From contig SCUO01000018.1 in NCBI GenBank assembly GCA_004297395.1, forward strand, positions 2,383-66,382: a stretch of 64,000 nucleotides of DNA. The letters run 5' to 3'. This document shows, piece by piece, positions 22,389 through 30,442 of the stretch (the stretch's first letter is position 1; every line of letters begins with the position of its first letter). The notes beneath the pieces were generated by a model. The model made no database searches, was not told where the DNA came from, and was given only the letters and a program-made list of their open reading frames with translations. A program made the translations under genes and the position numbers. The stretch comes from Chloroflexota bacterium (GTDB lineage: Bacteria; Chloroflexota; Limnocylindria; Limnocylindrales; CSP1-4).

Positions 22389-22760
22389 ATGAACCCGCAG
22401 TTCAGCCACCTCTTCGTCGCCGTCCTCGATCTCCACGCGACACACCGCTTCTACGTCCAGCTCCTGGGGCTCGAGGTGCTCGTCGGCGGACCCGAGCGGA
22501 CGTACATGCGGCTCGGCGGCGGTGGCGGGTTCCACATCGGGTTCGAGGTCGTCGCCGGGGACGCCGTGCCGACCGATGGCATCCAGATCCGGGTCCGGGT
22601 CGATGACGTCGACGCCGTCTATCGGCGGCTGCTCGAGGCCGGCGTGGCCATGGACGGGCCGCCGGCGGACCAGGTCTGGGGCGCCCGGCATCTGTGGCTG
22701 CGCGACCCGACCGGCTACCGGATCTCGGTCTTCTCGACCGACGGGCCCAACCTGCCGTGA
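22389..22760 (+). CDS. VOC (glyoxalase/bleomycin-resistance/dioxygenase) family protein
   Basis: 123 aa. [24 protein letters not shown]... is a VOC-type beta-alpha-beta-beta-beta module. Its stop overlaps the start of the next gene. Confidence 0.7.
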   Translation: MNPQFSHLFVAVLDLHATHRFYVQLLGLEVLVGGPERTYMRLGGGGGFHIGFEVVAGDAVPTDGIQIRVRVDDVDAVYRRLLEAGVAMDGPPADQVWGARHLWLRDPTGYRISVFSTDGPNLP

Positions 22761-24334
22761 GCGCATTGAGCGTCGAGGTTCGTGGAGCGGCGGTTCCGGG
22801 TCGGGACGAGGTCCTGACGCCGGCTGCGCTGGACTTCCTCGGTGAGCTGGAGCGGCGGTTCCGGGGCGAGCGGGCGGCGCTGCTGGCCTGTCGGGTGGCA
22901 CGGGCCGCCGAGATCGCCGCGGGGGCCGTCCTCGACTTCCCGGGTTCGACGGCGGCGGTTCGGGCCGATTCGTCGTGGCTCGTGGCCGAGACGCCGCCCG
23001 ACCTCCTCGACCGGCGGGTCGAGATCACCGGCCCGGCCGAGCCGAAGATGATGATCAACGCCCTCAACTCCGGGGCTCGGGTCTTCATGGCCGACCTCGA
23101 GGACGCGCTCTCGCCGACGTGGGCCAACGTCGTCGGCGGGCAGGCCGCGATCGCCGCGGCGGTCCGGGGTGGGCTCGCGTACGACGCGCCGGATGGCCGC
23201 GCCTACCGCGTGGGGGAGCGGCCGGCCGTGCTCCTCGTCCGGCCACGGGGCTGGCACCTGGACGAGCGGCACCTCCTCGTGGACGGGTCTCCGATGTCCG
23301 CATCGCTGTTCGATGCCGGGCTGTACCTGTTCCACAACGCCGCCGAGCGGTTGGCGCGCGGGACCGGCCCGTACCTCTACCTGCCGAAGCTCCAGTCGCA
23401 CCTGGAAGCGCGGCTCTGGAACGAGGTCTTCGTGTGGGCCCAGGACGCGCTCGGGGTCCCGCGCGGATCCGTGCGCGCGACCGTATTGATCGAGACGATT
23501 CATGCCGCGTTCGAGATGGACGAGATCCTGTGGGAGCTGCGCGAGCACGCCGCTGGCCTCAACGCGGGCCGCTGGGATTACCTGTTCTCGTGCATCAAGA
23601 CGTTCGGCGCTTCGCCGCCGGCGGTGCTGCCCGACCGGGCCCAACTGACGATGACCGTGCCGTTCATGCGGGCCTACACCGAGCTGCTGGTCGCGACGTG
23701 CCATCGCCGCGGGGCCCACGCGATCGGCGGCATGGCGGCGTTCATCCCGTCGCGCCGGGATGCCGACGTCAACGCCGTGGCGATGGCCCGGGTCCGGGAC
23801 GACAAGGTCCGCGAGTCGGGCGACGGCTTCGATGGGACGTGGGTGGCGCACCCGGACCTCGTACCGCTCGCGACCGAGGTCTTCGGCGGCGTCCTGGGCG
23901 CGGCGCCCCACCAGAAGGGTCGGCTGCGGGACGACGTCGCGGTGACGGCGGCCGCGCTGCGGGACGTCCGCGTCGACGGCGGGCGGGTCACCGAGGCCGG
24001 CGCTCGGCTCAACGTGTCCGTCGCGCTCCAGTATCTCGACGCCTGGCTCGACGGCAACGGCGCGGCGGCGATCAACAACCTCATGGAGGACGCCGCCACT
24101 GCCGAGATTTCCCGCTCGCAGCTGTGGCAGTGGCGCGTCACCGGCGCCCCCCTCGACGACGGCCGGCCGCTCGGTGCGGATCGCTACCGCGCGATCCGGG
24201 ACGAGGAGCTCGTCGCGCTCGGCGGCCGACGCACGCGGCACCTCGGTGACGCGGCGGACATCCTCGATGCGCTCGTCCTCGCCGACGACTTCGAGCCGTT
24301 CCTCACGCCGCGCGCGTACCGCCTCCTCGACTGA
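22757..24334 (+). CDS. aceB: malate synthase A
   Basis: GTG 22757 overlaps the upstream [46 protein letters not shown] and [10 protein letters not shown] are present. About 525 aa. Confidence 0.9.
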   Translation: MSALSVEVRGAAVPGRDEVLTPAALDFLGELERRFRGERAALLACRVARAAEIAAGAVLDFPGSTAAVRADSSWLVAETPPDLLDRRVEITGPAEPKMMINALNSGARVFMADLEDALSPTWANVVGGQAAIAAAVRGGLAYDAPDGRAYRVGERPAVLLVRPRGWHLDERHLLVDGSPMSASLFDAGLYLFHNAAERLARGTGPYLYLPKLQSHLEARLWNEVFVWAQDALGVPRGSVRATVLIETIHAAFEMDEILWELREHAAGLNAGRWDYLFSCIKTFGASPPAVLPDRAQLTMTVPFMRAYTELLVATCHRRGAHAIGGMAAFIPSRRDADVNAVAMARVRDDKVRESGDGFDGTWVAHPDLVPLATEVFGGVLGAAPHQKGRLRDDVAVTAAALRDVRVDGGRVTEAGARLNVSVALQYLDAWLDGNGAAAINNLMEDAATAEISRSQLWQWRVTGAPLDDGRPLGADRYRAIRDEELVALGGRRTRHLGDAADILDALVLADDFEPFLTPRAYRLLD

Positions 24335-24366
24335 CCTCGGCGCACCCCGCCCGCATCCGCCTCGCC

Positions 24367-24631
24367 GTGCCCGGTCGCCGTGCCTGGTCTCCGTGCCCGG
24401 TCTCGGTGCCCGGTCGCCGCCCGCCGCCCCCCTGCGGCAAGCGCCCCGCCCGCCGCCCGCCGCCCCCCTGCGGCAAGCGCCCCGCCCGCCGCCGCCATGC
24501 TGCAAGCGCCCCGCCCGCCGCCGCCATGCTGCAAGCGCCCCGCCCGCCGCCGCCATGGAGGCCAACTGGTCGGACAGCAGTGCCCGTGGCCTTGGGCTCG
24601 ACGCGGCCGCTCGCAAGTGGTCGGACAGCAG
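24367..24631. repeat. composite GC-rich tandem-repeat array (minisatellite/VNTR-like)
   Basis: There are four 13-bp units GTGCC(C/T)GGTC(G/T)C(C/G) at 24367-24418. Four copies of the core TGC(GGC)AAGCGCCCCGCCCGCCGCC start at 24433, 24469, 24501 and 24530 (spacing 36/32/29 bp). TGGTCGGACAGCAG occurs twice, at 24567 and 24618. Confidence 0.9.
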
Positions 24632-24646
24632 CCTACGAGGCGCTGG

Positions 24647-25393
24647 TCAGGAAGCGAGCGCCGGAACCGAGCGTGGCCGCGGCCGATAGACGCGCTTCCG
24701 CGGCGCAAGAGTCCGCCCAAGGCCACGTGGGCTGGCATCGGGCAGGAACCAGAGCGCGGACTGGCCTCGGGCCGGGTCCCGCGCCCACCCATTGACGCTT
24801 CGGCCATCTTCCGGGAAGGCGGCGCGCAGGAGCTCGCGGAACTCGGCTACCCGGCGCCGGTTCGCGCGCGACTCGGCGACGACGATCCATGCGCCGACGT
24901 GGGCCGGGTCCCAGCCGTGGTCACGGCCGACCCGGAACGAGAGCCGGCGGCGGCGGTCCATGACGCCGAGCAGCTCGTTGGGGTCGACGACCTCGGTCTT
25001 CAGCTCGATGATCAGCAGGGTTGCGTGGCGGCGGTGCCAGCCGACGAGATCGATTACCCCGCGTTCACCATAGTGGTTGAACGAGACCTCCGGGAGAACC
25101 TCCCAGCCCGCCTTGAGCAGTCGAGCGGTGACGGCCTCGCCCATTGCTGCGTGGCGTCCGTGGACCAGGCGATCGAGGTCGCCGCCTCGCCACCTGGCAA
25201 TGAGGTTGACGCGCACCTCGAGGGCAGCCGCCGCGGCTCGGATCGTGCGAAGTGGGATGCCGTCAAGGTGGCCACGCTCGATGAGCGAGTACTCAGATTG
25301 CGAGATTCCAGCTCGCTTGGCTACATCGATCCGTCGCTCGTTTCGGCGAAGCCTGACCCGGCGCAGGGCCAGCCCGAACGCGACGTCATCCAT
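24647..25393 (-). CDS. XRE-family HTH protein fused to a PD-(D/E)xK nuclease-like domain
   Basis: The N-terminal LRRVRLRRNERRIDVAKRAGISQSEYSLIERG is an HTH_XRE. The centre YGERGVIDLVGWHRRHATLLIIELKTE gives an E...D...ExK pattern. Confidence 0.65.
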   Translation of the reverse strand: MDDVAFGLALRRVRLRRNERRIDVAKRAGISQSEYSLIERGHLDGIPLRTIRAAAAALEVRVNLIARWRGGDLDRLVHGRHAAMGEAVTARLLKAGWEVLPEVSFNHYGERGVIDLVGWHRRHATLLIIELKTEVVDPNELLGVMDRRRRLSFRVGRDHGWDPAHVGAWIVVAESRANRRRVAEFRELLRAAFPEDGRSVNGWARDPARGQSALWFLPDASPRGLGRTLAPRKRVYRPRPRSVPALAS

Positions 25394-25428
25394 CCATCAC
25401 AGGATGGCGACGGGCGCTTATTCGGCGA

Positions 25429-25800
25429 TCACTCCGCAGGCAGCCGATGGTCTTCGAGGACGACGTCCCAGTGGGCCTCGAGCAGCGAGAAGCGGTGGCG
25501 CTCCTCGTCGCGATAGCGGTCGCGGTCCGGGAAGAGGCGCCGGGCGATCTCGGCGTCGGAGTGCTCCTCGACCGCGGCCCAGTCCCGATACGTGATCGTG
25601 ACCATGAAGTCCCAGTCGGCCCGGCCGTCGCCGTGGAAGCGGGGCTTGGACGCGGTCACATCGAGGAACCGGCCGACGGCGAGCTGCTCGCGGAGGATCG
25701 GCCAGTGGTTCCGATCGAACAGGCCGACGAACTCGTCGTGGGCGCCCCATTTCGTCCGGTAGAAGTAGGCGATCGTGACTGGGTCGGTGGTGTCGTTCAT
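25429..25800 (-). CDS. small hypothetical protein (123 aa), possibly dimeric alpha/beta-barrel-like
   Basis: ATG 25800 is preceded by AAGGAGG. It lies 11 nt after the stop of the amidohydrolase gene on the same strand. The fold suggestion is only an impression. Confidence 0.5.
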   Translation of the reverse strand: MNDTTDPVTIAYFYRTKWGAHDEFVGLFDRNHWPILREQLAVGRFLDVTASKPRFHGDGRADWDFMVTITYRDWAAVEEHSDAEIARRLFPDRDRYRDEERHRFSLLEAHWDVVLEDHRLPAE

Positions 25801-25811
25801 CGAAGCCTCCT

Positions 25812-27212
25812 TCAGGCGCCGGCGCCCTCGCGCTCGACGAACCGACCATAGCCTCTGTCGCCGACGAAGGCCCCGTCGCGGATGACCACCCGACCGCGGA
25901 CGAAGACGGACCGCACCGCGCCATCGACCTCGAGGCCCTCGTAGGGCGTGTAGTCGCTCGTGTGGTGGAGGTCGGCGGCCCGCAGGACCCGCCGCGCGGC
26001 GGGATCGAAGAGCACGACGTCGGCGTCCTTGCCGACCTCGATCGACCCCTTGCGAGTGAGCCCGAACCGGCGGGCCGGCGTCGCCGCGAGGACGTCGACA
26101 AGCCGCTCGATTGTCAGCCGGCCGCGGGCGACGCCCTCGCCGTAGGCGATCGCGAGCAGCGTCTCGATCCCGGGCGCCCCGTTGCTGATCCGGTCGAACG
26201 GCACGCCGCGAAGGGCGTCGGCCTTGTCGGTCGACGCGCGGTCCGGGACGTGGTCGGTCGCGATCAGATCGAGGTCGCCGCCGGCAAGCCCGGTCCACAT
26301 CGCGTCGCGGTCGGCGGCGGTTCGCAGCGGCGGCGAGATGACGACCTTCGCGACCTCGAGCTCGTCGGCCGCCGCGTATCGCTCGTCGGTCAGGGCCAGG
26401 TAGTGCGGGCACGTTTCGGCAGACACGCGAAGCCCCAGGCCCTTCGCCTCGCGGACGTGCCGGAGCGCATCGGCGGATGAGAGGTGGACCACGTGGACGG
26501 GCGCGCCGGTCGCCCGCGCGAACGCCATCGCCCGGGCGGTCGCGACGCCCTCGGCGTACGCCGGCCGCGTTTCAGCGTGGTAGCGCGCTGCCGTGTTACC
26601 ACGGTGCAACGCTGCAGCGACGGCGGCATCGATGAGGATCGCGTCCTCGCAGTGGACCTGGAGCATCCCGCCCCGCCGGCCGAGCACCCCCATCGCCTCG
26701 AACAGCCGGACATCGTCCAGCCGGAAGTCGAAGACCATGAACGCCTTGGCCGTCGACACGCCGGCGTCGACCATCGCCGGCAGCTCGGCGACCGGGTCGT
26801 CCATCCGGCCAGAGATCGCCAGCGAGACGGCGTAATCGATGGCGCTGTCGCGCTCGGTCGCCGCGCGCCACTCGCGTAGCCCCGCGAGGAGCGAGCGCTC
26901 GGCCGCCGGGGACGAGCCCGTGCCCGGGTTGTTGAAGGCCAGGAACGTCGTCGTCCCGCCGAACGCGGCGGCCACAGAATCCTGGAAGAACCGATCCGGT
27001 TCCGCGTCGGTCGCCACGCGCGTATGGGTGTGGACATCGACCACCCCGGGTAGCACCAGCAGGCCCGCGGCGTCAACGACCTCGGCCGAGCCCGCCAGGC
27101 CCGACAGGTCGGGCTCGATCGCCTCGATCCGGTCGCCATCGATGGCGATGTCCGCGCGTCTCGATCCGCTCGCCGTGACGACCGTGCCGCCGCGGACGAG
27201 GAGCCTGGTCAC
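25812..27212 (-). CDS. cyclic amidohydrolase (dihydropyrimidinase / D-hydantoinase / allantoinase family)
   Basis: LPGVVDVHTHT, STAKAFMVF (candidate carboxylated Lys), LQVHCED, VHVVHLSS and ISPPLR...ATDHVP. The GTG start abuts the upstream stop. Confidence 0.85.
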   Translation of the reverse strand: MTRLLVRGGTVVTASGSRRADIAIDGDRIEAIEPDLSGLAGSAEVVDAAGLLVLPGVVDVHTHTRVATDAEPDRFFQDSVAAAFGGTTTFLAFNNPGTGSSPAAERSLLAGLREWRAATERDSAIDYAVSLAISGRMDDPVAELPAMVDAGVSTAKAFMVFDFRLDDVRLFEAMGVLGRRGGMLQVHCEDAILIDAAVAAALHRGNTAARYHAETRPAYAEGVATARAMAFARATGAPVHVVHLSSADALRHVREAKGLGLRVSAETCPHYLALTDERYAAADELEVAKVVISPPLRTAADRDAMWTGLAGGDLDLIATDHVPDRASTDKADALRGVPFDRISNGAPGIETLLAIAYGEGVARGRLTIERLVDVLAATPARRFGLTRKGSIEVGKDADVVLFDPAARRVLRAADLHHTSDYTPYEGLEVDGAVRSVFVRGRVVIRDGAFVGDRGYGRFVEREGAGA

Positions 27213-27461
27213 CTAGTCGTCGCCGCCACCGTCGTCGCCGCCCCCGTCGCCATCGCCGTCACCGCCACCGTCGTCGCCCCCGCCACCGTCGTCGTTGCTG
27301 TCGGCCTCGTCACGATCATCCGGCGAACCGGACCCGTTCATCGGCACCGCGTCATCACGCGAGCCATCGGCCATGGAAGCGCCTGCCGGACGCCGATCGT
27401 CGTCCCTGCCGTCGTATCGACTCCCGAACAGGACCCCCAGGATCCGCCGCAACCAGTCCAT
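27213..27461 (-). CDS. small protein with amphipathic N-terminus and extreme Asp/Gly-rich tail (82 aa)
   Basis: MDWLRRILGVLFGSRYDG... then ...DSNDDGGGGDDGGGDGDGDGGGDDGGGDD. ATG 27461 directly abuts the upstream stop (27462-27464), and its own TAG abuts the downstream GTG (27212). Confidence 0.55.
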   Translation of the reverse strand: MDWLRRILGVLFGSRYDGRDDDRRPAGASMADGSRDDAVPMNGSGSPDDRDEADSNDDGGGGDDGGGDGDGDGGGDDGGGDD

Positions 27462-27887
27462 TCAGGCCACCTCCTCGATCCGTACCCGCTGGGCACCCTC
27501 CCAGAGCGCTCGCCGCCCGACCTCACGGAGCCGGTCCTGCCAGCCCGCATCGGCGAGGATCGTGGCGAAGTGGTTCGCGGCAAGCTGCCCCACCTTCGAG
27601 GATGTCGTGCAGGCCCCGTAGGGGAAGAAGATCTCGCACTCGCTGATGCCGCCCGGGTACATCGCCAGCATCCCGGGCGCCGGGTGCGAGGTGTGGTTCT
27701 CGAAATCGATGCCCGGCCGGAACTCGCCGTACGGGATCCAGGTCGATTCGCCCGACCAGCGGCAGTGAATGAGCCGGGATTCGATCGGCAGCATCCGCCG
27801 GATGGCCTCGATCGTGGCCGGCGCGGCCGCCTCCCAGCGGGCGGTAAAGTGGAGGTCGTCGCCGACCGTGATCTTCAGCTCTCCCAT
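27462..27887 (-). CDS. DUF3830-like (cyclophilin-like fold) protein
   Basis: MGELKITVGDDLHFTARWEAAAPATIEAIRRMLPIESRLIHCRWSGESTWIPY resembles DUF3830 as I recall it. ATG 27887 lies 6 nt downstream of TATCCT (complement of 27894-27899). Confidence 0.6.
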   Translation of the reverse strand: MGELKITVGDDLHFTARWEAAAPATIEAIRRMLPIESRLIHCRWSGESTWIPYGEFRPGIDFENHTSHPAPGMLAMYPGGISECEIFFPYGACTTSSKVGQLAANHFATILADAGWQDRLREVGRRALWEGAQRVRIEEVA

Positions 27888-27900
27888 GCCCGGAGGATAC

Positions 27901-28305
27901 GTGGCCAGCACCGGCCCGGAAACACCCGACCTGCCCCAGACGGCGTCGTCCGCGATCCCGACGGCGCCGACGATCTCGACCCACGTCCTCGACACCGAGG
28001 CGGGCACCCCGGCTCGCGGCGTCCACGTGATCCTCTACAAGCTCGGCGAGGACGACCGGCCGATCCGGCTGACCCAGGCCCTGACCGACGACGACGGGCG
28101 AATTCGCGACCTGCTGGGGCGGCCGATGTCGGCGGGCATCTACCGGCTCGAGTTCAACCTGGCCGGCGTCCGCGGCCCGGGCACCGGCGACGATCGATTC
28201 TTCCGGCGCCTGACCCTCGAGCTGCGGATCGACGACGTCGCGCGCTCGTACCACGTCCCGCTGTTGCTCGCCCCGTTCTCCCTCACGACGTACCGAGGCA
28301 GCTGA
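27901..28305 (+). CDS. uraH: 5-hydroxyisourate hydrolase (transthyretin-like)
   Basis: ISTHVLDT...HVPLLLAPFSLTTYRGS* carries the characteristic C-terminal YRGS. The start is uncertain: either GTG 27901 (GGAGGA at 27892-27897, short spacing) or ATG 27886. Confidence 0.85.
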   Translation: MASTGPETPDLPQTASSAIPTAPTISTHVLDTEAGTPARGVHVILYKLGEDDRPIRLTQALTDDDGRIRDLLGRPMSAGIYRLEFNLAGVRGPGTGDDRFFRRLTLELRIDDVARSYHVPLLLAPFSLTTYRGS

Positions 28306-28326
28306 GCGCGCGGCCCTCGACATCGT

Positions 28327-28347
28327 CGTGCCACGCTAGGTGGCACG
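28327..28347. terminator. hairpin CGTGCCAC-GCTAG-GTGGCACG after uraH (terminator or operator)
   Basis: An 8-bp perfect stem located 22 nt after the uraH stop and 22 nt before ATG 28369. Confidence 0.35.
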
Positions 28348-28368
28348 CGCGGCATCGAGGATGCGGGC

Positions 28369-29634
28369 ATGGAAGCCCGACTCGTAGCCCTCCCGACCCG
28401 ACTCGACCCATCCGTCCGGGTGGCCCCGGATCGCATCACGATCGAGCACCTCGTGGTCGCCGACGCGGGACTCGCTGCGTGGCTGGCCGACCAGCCCATG
28501 GACGACCACGGCATCCTCGCCGAGCGGGCGATGCGAATCGGGCTGATGGCGATCCAGAGCGTCGGGGTGACGCTCAACGTGGACGCCGTCCGGGCCGAGT
28601 TCGACCGTCTCGCCGAGGGCCAGCGGGTCATGACCGAGCGTGCCGCCGAGGCCCTCGAGCAGACGCTCCGGACGAACTTCGGCGACGGCGATGGCCGCTT
28701 GCCGCGGACGCTCGAGGCGTTCCTCGGCGACCGCGGCAAGCTCCAGGCGACGGTCCGCGAGCTGTTCGATCCGGCGCGCAAGGATTCCGCGCTCGGACGC
28801 CTCTCCACGATGCTCGAGACCTATTTCGACGGCGACGCCTCGCGGCTCGCAACGCTCCTTGACCCAACGCGCCCGGGATCGCCGTTCAACGCCTTTCGTG
28901 CCGAGGTTGCCGCCGGCCTCCGGGCGATCGATGAGCGTCTCGTCGCCTTCCAGGCAGCCCAGTCCGCCCGCTCGGACGAGCGTTCCCGGTCAGCGGCCAA
29001 GGGCGTCGACTTCGAGGATCTCGTCGAAAGCATGCTCGGCGCGATCGCCCGCGGCGGTGGGGATCTCCTCGAGCGAACCTCGAACGAGGCGGGCTCCACC
29101 CTCAAGTCGAAGAAGGGGGACTTCGTCCTGACCATCAACCCGGGCCTGACCCGAGGTGCCGACGTCCGCGTGGTGATCGAAGCCAAGGACCGGTCGATCT
29201 CGGTCCCGGCGATGCGGGCCGAGCTCCGGGAAGCCAAGGCCAACCGCGGGGCGGCGGTCGGGATCGTCGTGTTCACGCCGGCCCACGCGCCGGCGGGCGT
29301 GGCCCCGTTCGACGTCCGTGGCGACGACGTCTGGTGCGTCGTCGATCCCGACGACCTCGATCCGTCGAGCTTCGAGGTGGCGATCCGGCTCGCCCGCTAT
29401 CTCGCTCTCGCCGGCCTGGCCGCCCACGATGCGGAGATCGATACGGCGGCGGTCTCAGGTGCCCTCGCCAGCATCCGCGAGCAGCTCGACCAGATCCGCA
29501 ACCTCAAGAGCCAGCTGACCTCGATCGGCAATGCGACGAAGGCCGTCTGGAACGGGCTCGATGCCCTTCGCAGTGGTGTCGTGGACCAGGTCACCCGAGC
29601 CGAGGCCGGAATTCGGTCGTCCGCCAGGGTCTGA
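28369..29634 (+). CDS. hypothetical protein: helical/coiled-coil regions flanking a PD-(D/E)xK nuclease-like core (RmuC/DUF2130-like architecture)
   Basis: ATG follows GAGGA. KKGDFVLTINPGLTRGADVRVVIEAKDRSISV...ANRGAAVGIVVF gives a D...E-x-K pattern. Long Ala/Leu/Glu/Arg helical stretches lie on both sides. Confidence 0.55.
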   Translation: MEARLVALPTRLDPSVRVAPDRITIEHLVVADAGLAAWLADQPMDDHGILAERAMRIGLMAIQSVGVTLNVDAVRAEFDRLAEGQRVMTERAAEALEQTLRTNFGDGDGRLPRTLEAFLGDRGKLQATVRELFDPARKDSALGRLSTMLETYFDGDASRLATLLDPTRPGSPFNAFRAEVAAGLRAIDERLVAFQAAQSARSDERSRSAAKGVDFEDLVESMLGAIARGGGDLLERTSNEAGSTLKSKKGDFVLTINPGLTRGADVRVVIEAKDRSISVPAMRAELREAKANRGAAVGIVVFTPAHAPAGVAPFDVRGDDVWCVVDPDDLDPSSFEVAIRLARYLALAGLAAHDAEIDTAAVSGALASIREQLDQIRNLKSQLTSIGNATKAVWNGLDALRSGVVDQVTRAEAGIRSSARV

Positions 29635-29662
29635 CCACCGGGCGCCGTCCAGGACAGCGAGA

Positions 29663-30382
29663 TCAGTCGTCGGCTCGACGGTTCGCGGCGGCCGGGCCTT
29701 CCGTGGCGGCGAGTCGGAGTGCTTCCTCGTCAAGCAGGACGAGGCCCGCGGCACCAGTGCGCACCACGATCCGTCGCGCTTCGAGGTCCCGAAGGCAGCG
29801 CTCCATCATCTCCCGGCTCGCCCCCATGAGGGTCGTCAGGTTGGTCCGGGTGAGGGCGGCACGGTCGGGATCGAAGAGGAGGTCGGGATAGCGCAGGAGC
29901 ACGCGAGCCGTCCGTTGGCAGGCCGACTCCGAGGCGAAGATCTCGAGCTCGAGCGCCAGTGCCTCGACCAGGCCTACCGCACGATCCAGGAGATCGAGGG
30001 CAAGACCGCCGTCGGCACGTGCGAGCCGTCGGACCGTGTCCCGGCCCCAGCGGATGGCCGTCACCTCGGTCCAGGCCACGAGGCTCAGGGTCCCGAGCAG
30101 CTCATTCGCAAGATTGGAGATCCCGCCCAGCTCACCCTCCCGAAGGATCCCGTAGGCGATGTCCCGACCATCGGCCGCCTTGGCCAGCCTGGCAACGGCC
30201 CCGCTCGTCACGAGGATGGTGGGCGGGCCGACGTCGTCGGTGGCACGGATCTCCTCACCGGCGTGGTAGGTCGTCGCCGCGGCGGAACCGACGAGGGCGG
30301 CGAGCGAGTCCTCACGAGCGCCCGGAAAGGCGGACCGGAGCGATTGAAGCAGTGCGGACGATCCCGGGAACACAGGCACCAT
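29663..30382 (-). CDS. Crp/Fnr-family transcriptional regulator
   Basis: A cNMP-binding-like beta-barrel (ILREGELGGISNL) is followed by a C-terminal HTH LTRTNLTTLMGASREMMERCLRDLEARRIVV. Confidence 0.8.
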   Translation of the reverse strand: MVPVFPGSSALLQSLRSAFPGAREDSLAALVGSAAATTYHAGEEIRATDDVGPPTILVTSGAVARLAKAADGRDIAYGILREGELGGISNLANELLGTLSLVAWTEVTAIRWGRDTVRRLARADGGLALDLLDRAVGLVEALALELEIFASESACQRTARVLLRYPDLLFDPDRAALTRTNLTTLMGASREMMERCLRDLEARRIVVRTGAAGLVLLDEEALRLAATEGPAAANRRADD

Positions 30383-30442
30383 CGTTGCTCGCGAGGGCGT
30401 GGAGGTCCAGAAGGGGACGCAATCGCTGCAATTCTATTCACG

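Noticed and set aside
24367-24631. Possible CRISPR array
   Set aside because: The repeats are directly tandem, with only 7-11-nt linkers instead of 25-40-nt unique spacers. The unit lengths are 13, 29 and 36 bp and are degenerate. There are no cas genes in the window.
27769-28007. Extensions of the uraH ORF upstream of 27886 and of the DUF3830-like ORF upstream of 27887
   Set aside because: The extensions are mutually antisense. Family-typical N-termini (ISTHVLD and MGELKITVG...) begin near 27886-27970 and at 27887 respectively.
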